A stretch of DNA of 50,447 nucleotides, from contig JBGUHV010000068.1 in the NCBI GenBank assembly GCA_045112425.1, positions 1 to 50,447 on the forward strand, written 5' to 3'. Below the pieces are notes generated by a model. That model did no database searches. It saw only the letters and a program-made list of their open reading frames with translations, and was not told the DNA's origin. Every line of letters begins with the position of its first letter. Positions within the stretch are counted from its first letter, which is position 1. The DNA comes from Oscillospiraceae bacterium (lineage in GTDB: Bacteria > Bacillota > Clostridia > Oscillospirales > Oscillospiraceae). A program made the translations under genes and the position numbers. Positions 26,931 to 34,901 of this stretch are shown here, piece by piece.

Positions 26931-28400
26931 ATGAAAAAATCCAGACCGATTCTGATTTTGCTGATTCTGTGTCTCGCGCTCACGCTCTGCGTGCCGGCCT
27001 TTGCCGCGGACACCCCGGCGAACTACTCCGCCGGCGGCGAGGCGCAGCCTGCGCCGGACATTCACGCCAGGTGCGCGCTGCTGTGCGACCTCGAGTCCGG
27101 ACAGACGTATTATGCCCGCAACGCCGACCAGAAGGCCTACCCCGCGAGTCTGACGAAGATCATGACCGTGCTCCTCGCGCTCGAGGCGCTCGACCGCGGC
27201 GAGGTGAATCTCACGGACGAGGTGACCGCCGGCGCCGACTGCCGGCAGGGCATGGACGAGGAATCGAGCACGGCGGGCATCCAGCCGGGCGAGGTGATGA
27301 CGTTTGAGCAGTATCTCTACTGTGCGATGATCTCCTCGGCCAACGAGGCCTGCAACGTGATCGCCTCCTATCTCGCCGGGAGCATCGACGCGTTTGTGCA
27401 GCGCATGAACGACCGCGCCGCCGAGCTCGGCTGCACGGGCACGCACTTCATGAACCCGCACGGCATGCCGGACGAGAACCACTACACCACGGCGGCCGAT
27501 CTGCGCCTGATCGCCGAGGCGGCGCTCAAATACCCGCTCTTTGAGACGATCAGCAACACGCTCAGCTACTCCATCCCGGCGACGAACATGAGCGATGCGC
27601 GCGTGCTGCAGAACACGAACGGGCTCATCAACCCCAACGCCGTCATGTACCCGAACTACCGCTATGAGCCCGCCGCCGGCATCAAGACCGGCCACACGAA
27701 CGCCGCGGGCTATTGCCTCATTTCCACGGCGGAGAAAAACACCGTGCGGCTGCTTTGCATCGTGCTCGGGAGCGACACCTCCGAGAAAGCCGACGGCACG
27801 CTCGATTTCCACAACTTCACCGATACGATTGACCTCTACGAGTGGCTCTACAACCACTTCAGCATCCAGACCGTCGTGAGCGCGGACACGCCGATGGCGG
27901 ACGTGGCCGTCGAGATGGGCTCGGATGCCGACCGCGTGACCGTGCACCCGCAGTCGGATCTCGCGGCGGTGCTGCCGAACGAGACGGATCTCTCGCTGTA
28001 TGAAAAGCAGATCACGATCTTCTCCGAGCGGGATGGAACGCCGGTCGTGGCGCCGGTGCGCGCCGGAGACGTGCTGGGCGAGCTGGTCGTGTCGAAGGAC
28101 GGGCAGGAACTCGGGCGCATCCCGCTCGTGGCGAGCGTGGACGTGACCCTGAGCCACGGCGTGTATCTCAAGCAGGGGCTGCACAATTTCTTCGCCAAGC
28201 CCGTGGTGCTCATTGCGCTGATCGTGGTGCTCGCCATCGTGATCCTCTATCTCGTGAGCTACGTCCGCTACCAGCGGCGCCGGCGCCAGAGAGCGCAGGA
28301 GGCGCGCCGCCGGAGGCAGCAGGAGGAGGCACTCTACCGCCGGCAGCAGGAGGAAGCCCTGCGGCGGGAGTTTGAAGGGCGCGGAACGAGACGAAAATAA
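26931..28400 (+). CDS. D-alanyl-D-alanine carboxypeptidase (peptidase S11, PBP5-like) with C-terminal TM anchor and Arg/Gln/Glu-rich tail
   Basis: The signal peptide starts MKKSRPILILLILCLALTLCVPAFA. Motifs SLTK (SxxK), SAN (SxN) and KTGHT (KTG). GGAG lies 6 nt upstream of the ATG at 26931; an alternative ATG at 26919 has no SD. Tail RYQRRRRQRAQEARRRRQQEEALYRRQQEEALRRE. Confidence 0.88.
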   Translation: MKKSRPILILLILCLALTLCVPAFAADTPANYSAGGEAQPAPDIHARCALLCDLESGQTYYARNADQKAYPASLTKIMTVLLALEALDRGEVNLTDEVTAGADCRQGMDEESSTAGIQPGEVMTFEQYLYCAMISSANEACNVIASYLAGSIDAFVQRMNDRAAELGCTGTHFMNPHGMPDENHYTTAADLRLIAEAALKYPLFETISNTLSYSIPATNMSDARVLQNTNGLINPNAVMYPNYRYEPAAGIKTGHTNAAGYCLISTAEKNTVRLLCIVLGSDTSEKADGTLDFHNFTDTIDLYEWLYNHFSIQTVVSADTPMADVAVEMGSDADRVTVHPQSDLAAVLPNETDLSLYEKQITIFSERDGTPVVAPVRAGDVLGELVVSKDGQELGRIPLVASVDVTLSHGVYLKQGLHNFFAKPVVLIALIVVLAIVILYLVSYVRYQRRRRQRAQEARRRRQQEEALYRRQQEEALRREFEGRGTRRK

Positions 28401-28444
28401 CCGGTTTGCATACCGACAGAACACATTTTCAGGAGGTTTTGAAC

Positions 28445-29059
28445 ATGAAACGAATCATTGCTCTGCTCTGCGCCGCGCTGCTCTGCCTGACGCTGCTTGC
28501 AGGCTGCGGCAGCCGCGACGCCGGCACGCCCGAGGCGGTCACGGCGGATTACGGCGTCAGCGACGAGGAGATCGCCGCCATCCAGACCCGGTACAGCACC
28601 GGCTGGTACGGCTGGATGTGGATCGCGGAGGCCGACGGCAGCTTCGCCGATTACGCCAACTCCAGCGTGGACGTCTGCGCGCGCTTCGACTTTGACGACG
28701 CCGCCAGCCCGGTGGCGCTCGTGACTGTTTACGGGGCAGAAAACCCGGACGTCGTGCATGCAACCTTTACTGCGCAGATCGCTTCCGACGAGGACTGGTC
28801 GCTGGCCGGCGCGCAGGTTCTGGGCGTGGATGCGCAGCCCAGCGACACCATGCAGCACCAGTTCATCGCCGACTACCCGGATCTGCTGGTCATCAGCGGC
28901 AAATTCCAGCACGACGACGGCTCCTTCTCCTACCAGATTTCCCTGCGCCCGTGGGGCACCCGCTGGGATGACGTGGCAGCCGCCATGCCGGAGAACATGC
29001 CGGCGCTCTATGATTCCTGGTATCTCCCGGCCCTCGACGCCGGCACCCCGATGCCCTGA
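28445..29059 (+). CDS. Lipoprotein of unknown function
   Basis: The true start is MKRIIALLCAALLCLTLLAGC (lipobox LLAGC) with AGGAGG 8 nt upstream. 204 aa, with no family I recognise. 44 nt downstream of the carboxypeptidase gene. Confidence 0.7.
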   Translation: MKRIIALLCAALLCLTLLAGCGSRDAGTPEAVTADYGVSDEEIAAIQTRYSTGWYGWMWIAEADGSFADYANSSVDVCARFDFDDAASPVALVTVYGAENPDVVHATFTAQIASDEDWSLAGAQVLGVDAQPSDTMQHQFIADYPDLLVISGKFQHDDGSFSYQISLRPWGTRWDDVAAAMPENMPALYDSWYLPALDAGTPMP

Positions 29060-29077
29060 CGCTTCACACAAAGCGAT

Positions 29078-29115
29078 AACCCCATGCGCCATTCCACGGC
29101 GCATGGGGTTTTTTG
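29078..29115 (+). terminator. Rho-independent terminator after the lipoprotein gene
   Basis: AACCCCATGCGCC-ATTCCAC-GGCGCATGGGGTT followed by TTTT. Confidence 0.8.
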
Positions 29116-29123
29116 CTGTGAAG

Positions 29124-29278
29124 TCTCACAGAGTTCGCGGCTTTGACGCGAAATGAATCAGATCGATTTTTCAGCGACATATGCGGTAAAAAAAACTCCC
29201 TTGGGCGAGCGTGACGCTCGCCCCTCGCGCCGACCAAGCGGGGCCGATGCCCCGCGCGATAAGCGCGAGTATTCAAAA
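29124..29278. repeat. Mosaic module F, paralogous to 5574-5725
   Basis: CACAGAGTTCGCGG...GCGACATATGCGG...AAAACTCCC...CTCGCGCCGACCAA...GCGCGAGTATTCAAAAA aligns block by block with 5574-5725. In both cases it abuts the terminator of a minus-strand operon. Confidence 0.75.
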
Positions 29279-29307
29279 AGAGAGCCTGCAGAGCAGGCTC
29301 TCTTTTT
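29275..29307 (-). terminator. Rho-independent terminator of the rnf operon (bidirectional shape)
   Basis: GAGAGCCTGC-AGAG-CAGGCTCTC flanked by an A-run and a T-run, 7 nt after the rnfB stop. Confidence 0.8.
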
Positions 29308-29313
29308 GATGTT

Positions 29314-30135
29314 TTACGCCTCTTTCTCGGCAGGCATGACCTGATCCTTCAGGATGCCGCGCGGGCAGATATCGACGCAGTGGCCGCACTGGACACACTT
29401 GCTGTAGTCGATGCGGGCGAGGAAGTTCTCGACCTTGATCGCGTCCGCCGGGCACTCCTTCTGGCACTTCATGCAGCCGATGCAGCCGACGTCGCAGATC
29501 TTGCGGGTGACGGCGCCCTTGTTCTCGTTGCGGCAGGCCTGCAGAACGGTCTGCTTGTAGGGAACCTCCTGCACGAGCTTCTTCGGGCAGGCGTCGCGGC
29601 AGGCCATGCAGCCGACGCACTTGTCGCGGTCGACCTTGGCGACGCCGTTGATGACGTGCATGGCGTCGAACTTGCAGGCGCGCTCGCAGTTGCCGAGACC
29701 GATGCAGGCGAAGGTGCACTCCTTGTTGCTCTTGCCGCCGAAGAGCATGGCGGCCTGGCAGTCCTTGGGGCCGGTGTACTCGAAGCGCGGCACCGCCACG
29801 TCGGAGCAGCCGGAGCAGGGCACGAAGGCGACCATCTTTTCGCCGGCGCCGGCGGAGACGCCCATGATCTCGGCGACCTTGGCAGCGCACTCCGCGCCGC
29901 CCGCGACGCACTTGTTCGTGGGTGCCTTGCCCTCGGCGACCGCCTTGGCATAACCGTCGCAGCCGGGGAAGCCGCAGCCGCCGCAGTTGGCGCCCGCGAG
30001 ACATTCACGGATGGCGGCCTCTCTGGGGTCGACCTCGACGTGGAAGATCTTGGCCGCGAAGGCCAGAGCCGCGCCGAAGATCGCGCCCATGGCGCCAAGC
30101 ACGGCGATGGCGATGAGAATGTTGGTAAAGTTCAT
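29314..30135 (-). CDS. rnfB: Rnf complex subunit B (polyferredoxin)
   Basis: 273 aa with an N-terminal TM segment, a CGGCGFPGC cluster motif, and several CxxCxxCxxxCP ferredoxin motifs. Confidence 0.93.
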   Translation of the reverse strand: MNFTNILIAIAVLGAMGAIFGAALAFAAKIFHVEVDPREAAIRECLAGANCGGCGFPGCDGYAKAVAEGKAPTNKCVAGGAECAAKVAEIMGVSAGAGEKMVAFVPCSGCSDVAVPRFEYTGPKDCQAAMLFGGKSNKECTFACIGLGNCERACKFDAMHVINGVAKVDRDKCVGCMACRDACPKKLVQEVPYKQTVLQACRNENKGAVTRKICDVGCIGCMKCQKECPADAIKVENFLARIDYSKCVQCGHCVDICPRGILKDQVMPAEKEA

Positions 30136-30147
30136 TTCCGGCCCTCC

Positions 30148-30738
30148 TTAGACGATCTTCATGCCGGAGAAGCCCATGAACGCAAGGGCGATCAGGCCGG
30201 CGGTGACGAGAGCGATCGGGAAGCCGTTGAAGCTCTCGGGATAGTCCGCAAACTCGATCTTCTCGCGCACGGAGGCCATCAGGCAGATGGCGAGCATGAA
30301 GCCCATGCCGCCGGTGACGCCGTAGACCACGCTCTGCAGGAAGTTGAAGCTGTACTGGGTGTTGAGCAGGACGACGCCGAGCACCGCGCAGTTGGTGGTG
30401 ATCAGCGGCAGGTAGATGCCGAGCGCCGAGTACAGGGAGGGAACGGATTTCTTGAGGAACATCTCGACGAACTGCACGAGCACGGCGATGACCAGGATGT
30501 AGGCGATGGTCTGCAGGAACTCGAGGTGGAGCGTGACGAGAATGTACTCATTCACGATCCAGCAGATCGCGGAGGCGAGACCCATGACGAAGATGACCGC
30601 GAGACCCATGCCGGCGGCGGTGTCGATCTTGGACGAGCAGCCGAGGAACGGGCAGCAGCCGAGGAACTGCGAGAAAATGAAGTTGTTGATAAAGATGGCA
30701 CTCAGTACGATCTCAATGATGGTTGCGTTGGCATTCAT
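30148..30738 (-). CDS. rnfA: Rnf complex subunit A
   Basis: 196 aa, ...IFINNFIFSQFLGCCPFLGCSSKIDTAAGMG. Polytopic. Confidence 0.93.
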   Translation of the reverse strand: MNANATIIEIVLSAIFINNFIFSQFLGCCPFLGCSSKIDTAAGMGLAVIFVMGLASAICWIVNEYILVTLHLEFLQTIAYILVIAVLVQFVEMFLKKSVPSLYSALGIYLPLITTNCAVLGVVLLNTQYSFNFLQSVVYGVTGGMGFMLAICLMASVREKIEFADYPESFNGFPIALVTAGLIALAFMGFSGMKIV

Positions 30739-31406
30739 ACGTTCGCACCCTCCTTCTCTTTTGCTTCTTTCTTCTTCTCGTTCTTCTTGAGCACATACTG
30801 CATCAGCGCGATCAGGCAGCCGAGCGTAATGAAGCCGCCGATCGGGAGCGTGAGAACCAGCGCGCCGTATTCACTCGGGAAGATGTGGATGCCGGAGCCG
30901 GTGCCGATGCCGTTGGTGGTGTTGAAGATGCCGGAGCCGAAGGAGCCCTTGCCGAGGAACTCGCGGATCACGCACATGCAGATCAGCACGCAGGTGTAGC
31001 CCAAGCCCTGGAAGATGCCGTCGAAGAAGCTCGCGCCGACGGGATTCTTCTGGCAGAAGGCCTCCGCGCGGCCGATGATGATGCAGTTGACGACGATCAG
31101 GGGGATGAACACGCCGAGGCTCTCGCTCAGCGCGGGGATGAACGCCTGCAGCATGAGGTCAACAATCGTGACGAAGCCGGCGATGACGAGAACGAAGATC
31201 GCGAGGCGGATGTCGTTCGGGATGATCTTGCGGATCAGGGAGATGACGACGTTGCAGCACGTCAGGATGATCAGGACCGAGAAGCCCATGCCGATGCCGT
31301 TGAAGAGGCTCGTCGTGATGGCCATGGTGGCGCACATGCCGAGCAGCTGCACGAGCACGGGGTTGTTGGTAACAAGGCCCTCTTTGAATTGCTGTTTGAT
31401 ATTCAT
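30735..31406 (-). CDS. rnfE: Rnf complex subunit E
   Basis: 223 aa, ...LVTNNPVLVQLLGMCATMAITT. 4-nt overlap with rnfA. Confidence 0.93.
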   Translation of the reverse strand: MNIKQQFKEGLVTNNPVLVQLLGMCATMAITTSLFNGIGMGFSVLIILTCCNVVISLIRKIIPNDIRLAIFVLVIAGFVTIVDLMLQAFIPALSESLGVFIPLIVVNCIIIGRAEAFCQKNPVGASFFDGIFQGLGYTCVLICMCVIREFLGKGSFGSGIFNTTNGIGTGSGIHIFPSEYGALVLTLPIGGFITLGCLIALMQYVLKKNEKKKEAKEKEGANV

Positions 31407-31418
31407 GTCGAGCCTCCT

Positions 31419-32000
31419 TTACAGCGATTTGACGGCGTCGATAACCGTCTGGATCTCGGTGACGACCGCGCGGCTGGTGAGCGTCGCGCCGGAGATGGCG
31501 GACACGGAGCCGCCGTCCTTCGAGAGCTTCGCACCGTCGGTCAGGCCGACCATGCTCTGCGGGAAGGGATCGGTGGGATCGGCAGCCTTGGCGCCGAGAC
31601 CGGAGGTCTCGGAGTGCTCAGTGATGCCGATGCCGGTGCAGGTGAGGTCCTGGTCGAGACCGATGACCATCGTGATCATGCCCTGCGCGCCGGAGAAGGT
31701 GGTCTCGGCGACGTAGCCGATGTCGTTGCCGGAGGCGTCCTTCGCGGTGCACAGCTTGGTGATGGAGTTGGAGGGATCGTTGGCGTAGGTGCCGGCATCG
31801 ATCTCCTCATAGGTGTTGCCCTCGCCGGGCATGACCATGGCATAGGCAGCGTCGCGCTTGCCATTGAGGTACTGCTCGATGGGGCCCTTGGTGACTTCGT
31901 TCACCACGCCGAGAACGAGCGCGATGACCGCGGCGACCGCGAGCAGAACCAGAGCGAGCTTGAGGATCTGGCCGCCGCCGGACTGTTTGGTTTCCGTCAT
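31419..32000 (-). CDS. rnfG: Rnf complex subunit G (FMN-binding)
   Basis: 193 aa with an N-terminal TM segment. FMN_bind with the flavinylation motif ...VSAISGATLTSRAV. Confidence 0.92.
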   Translation of the reverse strand: MTETKQSGGGQILKLALVLLAVAAVIALVLGVVNEVTKGPIEQYLNGKRDAAYAMVMPGEGNTYEEIDAGTYANDPSNSITKLCTAKDASGNDIGYVAETTFSGAQGMITMVIGLDQDLTCTGIGITEHSETSGLGAKAADPTDPFPQSMVGLTDGAKLSKDGGSVSAISGATLTSRAVVTEIQTVIDAVKSL

Positions 32001-33040
32001 TGTGCTGCCGCCTCCTTTGCTTCTTTCTTGGCTGCCTTGGCGGCTGCCTTTTTGGCCTTCACGTCTTCACGGGTGACGCCGAACTGGCGGCGCTGCGTGA
32101 GCTGATCGAGGAACCACGCGCAGCAGTTCATGATCAGGATCGCGAAGCTGACGCCCTCCGGGTAACCGCCGAAGCGGCGGATGACGACCGTGAGGATGCC
32201 GCAGCCCGCGCCGTAGATCAGGCGGGCGTTGAAGCCCGTGGGGCTGGTGGAGTAATCGGTGGCCATGAAGATGGCGCCGAGCATCAGACCGCCGGAGAGG
32301 AGGTTATAGACCATCCAGTCGACGTGGCTGTACTCGCTGCCGCCGCCGAAGATCAGGCTGAGCACGGCGACCGTGCCGATGAAGGCGACGGGGATATGCC
32401 AGGTGATGACCTTGCGGCAGATGAGGTAGATGCCGCCGAGCAGCAGCGCGGCCGCGCTGATCTCACCGAAGCAGCCGGGCATCCGGCCGATGAACATGTC
32501 GGCCACGGTGAAGTACTCGGGCAGGGCGACGCCCGCCTTCATGGAGCTGAGCGGGGTGGCCATCGTGATCGCGTCGACCGAGGCCTTCAGACCGTTGGGG
32601 GTGGTCCAGCGGGTCATGAGCATGGCGTAGGACGCGAAGAGGAAGGCGCGGCCCGCGAGCGCGGGGTTGAGGAAGTTGGTGCCGATGCCGCCGTAGAGCT
32701 GCTTGACGAACACGATGGCGAAGAACGCGCCGATGATCGGCAGCCAGAACGGGGCGTTGGCGGGAAGGGTCATGGCGAGGAGCAGGCCCGTGACGACGGC
32801 GGAGAGATCGCCGATCGTGGCGTGCTTGTGCAGGAGCTTGCGGTAAGCCCACTCGAAGAACACGCAGCTCAGGACGCTCGTGCAGACGGGGATCAGCGCC
32901 TTGAAGCCGAACTGCCACACGCCGACGCAGATGGCGGGGATCAGGGCGATGATCACATCGAGCATGATGTTCGACGTGCCGCGCGGTGCGCGGACCTGAG
33001 GCTGATAGCCGGCGTCAAACGTATATTCTTTTCTTGTCAT
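31997..33040 (-). CDS. rnfD: Rnf complex subunit D
   Basis: 347 aa polytopic NqrB/RnfD family protein. Overlaps rnfG and rnfC by 4 nt each. Confidence 0.92.
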   Translation of the reverse strand: MTRKEYTFDAGYQPQVRAPRGTSNIMLDVIIALIPAICVGVWQFGFKALIPVCTSVLSCVFFEWAYRKLLHKHATIGDLSAVVTGLLLAMTLPANAPFWLPIIGAFFAIVFVKQLYGGIGTNFLNPALAGRAFLFASYAMLMTRWTTPNGLKASVDAITMATPLSSMKAGVALPEYFTVADMFIGRMPGCFGEISAAALLLGGIYLICRKVITWHIPVAFIGTVAVLSLIFGGGSEYSHVDWMVYNLLSGGLMLGAIFMATDYSTSPTGFNARLIYGAGCGILTVVIRRFGGYPEGVSFAILIMNCCAWFLDQLTQRRQFGVTREDVKAKKAAAKAAKKEAKEAAAQ

Positions 33041-34416
33041 TTGGCTTCAGCCTCCTTTTTCGCTTCGGCTTCCTTCGCGGCGGCCTCGGCGCGGGCCTTT
33101 TCCTCGGCGGCGCGGGCGGCGAAGAGGAGCTTCGCGGTTTTGAAGGTGTGCGTCAGCGGCAGTCTGCCCGGGCAGTTGTAGGAGCAGCAGCCGCACTCGA
33201 TGCAGTCGAGGATGTGATACTTCTGCATCTTCTCGAAGTCACGCTTCTGGAAGTACTTGTACATGTAGACGGGCTCGAGCTTCATCGGGCAGACCTGCAG
33301 GCACTGGCCGCAGTGGATGCACGTCGGATTCTCGACGTTGCGGTCCTCCTCCTCGGTGAAGAACAGCAGACCCGCGGTGCCCTTGATGTTCACCGCGTCG
33401 ATGTTCGAGCAGATGAGACCCATCATCGGGCCGCCGAGCACGATCTTGCGGGGCTCCTTGACGAAGCCGCCGACCTGCTCGACCAGGTAGCGGATCGGGG
33501 TGCCGACGCGGACGGTGGCGTTCACGCTCTTGCCGAGCGCGCTGCCGCCCATCGTGAGCGTGCGCTGATAGCACGGAACGCCCTCATAGCACGCACGGTA
33601 GATGGCGTAAGCCGTCTGGGTGCTGATGACGTTGCAGCCGACGCCCGCCGGCAGACCGCCGGGCTTGACCTCGCGGTTCGTGATGGCCTTGATCTGCAGC
33701 TTCTCACCGCCCTGGGGGTACTTGACCTCCTCGGGCACGATCTCCACGCCGTACTGCGCGGGGTTCTTGGAGTTGAGCAGATCAATCGCGTCCTGCTTGT
33801 TCTTCTCGATGCCGTAGTAGGCCTTGTCGAGACCGGAAGCGATGCGGGCAAGCTGAATGCCCTTGAGGAGCTCCTCCGGATGCAGGCGCATGGTCCAGTG
33901 GTCGCCGTTGAGGTACGGCTCGCACTCGGCGCCGTTGATGATGAGCGTGTCGACCTTGCCGAGACCGCCGCGGATCTTGAACGCGGTGGGGAACATGGCG
34001 CCGCCCATGCCGACGATGCCGGCTTCGCGAATGCGCGTGAGAATGGCTTCCTGATCCTGCAGCTCCGCCTCGGTCAGCGGGGCCAGATCGGTACATGGGG
34101 TGTCCTGATAGTCATTTTCGATTACCACGGCCGGGATGTTGTCCCCGAGGGGATGGGGTCTCGGCTCGATGGCGATGACCTTGCCGGACACGGGCGAATG
34201 AATCGGGGCGGAAACCGGCGCGGGATTGTCGCCGATCTTCTGGCCCATCGTCACATAGTCGCCCACCGCGACGGTCGGCTTGCACGGCGCACCGATGTGC
34301 TGCGCCATGGGCACGACGACCTGCGGAGGCGGCGTAATGGAGATCACCGGAACGTCCGGCGCCTTCATGTAGTTCGGATGAACTCCGCCATGATACTTAA
34401 AGGGCATTTGCATCAC
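33037..34416 (-). CDS. rnfC: Rnf complex subunit C
   Basis: 459 aa with 4Fe-4S motifs CIHCGQCLQVCP and CIECGCCSYNCP. GIVGMGGAMFPT fits an NADH/FMN-binding region. Confidence 0.93.
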   Translation of the reverse strand: MMQMPFKYHGGVHPNYMKAPDVPVISITPPPQVVVPMAQHIGAPCKPTVAVGDYVTMGQKIGDNPAPVSAPIHSPVSGKVIAIEPRPHPLGDNIPAVVIENDYQDTPCTDLAPLTEAELQDQEAILTRIREAGIVGMGGAMFPTAFKIRGGLGKVDTLIINGAECEPYLNGDHWTMRLHPEELLKGIQLARIASGLDKAYYGIEKNKQDAIDLLNSKNPAQYGVEIVPEEVKYPQGGEKLQIKAITNREVKPGGLPAGVGCNVISTQTAYAIYRACYEGVPCYQRTLTMGGSALGKSVNATVRVGTPIRYLVEQVGGFVKEPRKIVLGGPMMGLICSNIDAVNIKGTAGLLFFTEEEDRNVENPTCIHCGQCLQVCPMKLEPVYMYKYFQKRDFEKMQKYHILDCIECGCCSYNCPGRLPLTHTFKTAKLLFAARAAEEKARAEAAAKEAEAKKEAEAK

Positions 34417-34438
34417 CTCTCTATTTTATGACTAAGAT

Positions 34439-34467
34439 ATTCTATCACAAGGTTGTTCACAAGTCCA
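34439..34467 (-). promoter_or_regulatory. Putative rnf operon promoter
   Basis: The minus strand reads TGGACT, a 17-nt spacer ending TGA, then TAGAAT. It lies ~25 nt upstream of the rnfC ATG, at the edge of an AT-rich island. Confidence 0.4.
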
Positions 34468-34620
34468 CCAAAAAGCCGCAAATGAACTAATTTAAATATT
34501 AACAAACCTGCCAAAATGACAGCATTTTCAACAGTTTTTGCCAATTTAACGGCAGTCGGGCGAGCTGATGTTCCCTTTTGCGGCACAGTGTATTATTTTG
34601 TTGAAAAATAAAATCAGCAC

Positions 34621-34649
34621 TTAACAAAGCGAGTAAAATCGGGTAAAAT
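34621..34649 (+). promoter_or_regulatory. Putative promoter of the GH2 gene
   Basis: TTAACA, 17-nt spacer, TAAAAT. The predicted start falls at the first base of mosaic element G, which would place the element in the 5' UTR. Confidence 0.35.
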
Positions 34650-34655
34650 AAAAAA

Positions 34656-34867
34656 GTTAGGAATGAGGAATTAGGAATTAGGAATTGACAAACGGTTTCT
34701 GCGCAGAACCCATTTTGTCATCCTGAGCTTGTCGAAGGATCTTGGCACCGCAGCAAAAGAGAATCATAAACGTCTGTCCAACTGCTCTGCCCAGATTCTT
34801 CGACTACGCACTTCGTGCTCCGCTCAGAATGACCTTCTCGGATAATTCCTAATTCCTAACTCCTAAC
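34656..34867. repeat. Mosaic element G: AGGAATT-heptad inverted arms around a nested inverted repeat
   Basis: The left arm is GTT AGGAATG AGGAATT AGGAATT AGGAATT (34656-34686). The right arm is AATTCCT AATTCCT AACTCCT AAC (34844-34867). The inner inverted repeat is GTCATCCTGAGC..GTCGAAGGATCTTGG (34717-34745) against CCCAGATTCTTCGAC..GCTCAGAATGAC (34790-34833). Confidence 0.8.
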
Positions 34868-34901
34868 TGAACTTTCCCCTCACGCAAGGAGGTCATCCGA
34901 C

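Noticed and set aside
34439-34480. Rex (redox repressor) operator at the rnfC promoter (TTGTGAACAACCTTGTGA; also TTGTTAATATTTAAATTA nearby)
   Set aside because: The first is a direct repeat, not the inverted TTGTGAA-N4-TTCACAA type. The second matches only one half-site well. This is too weak to call without a position weight matrix scan.
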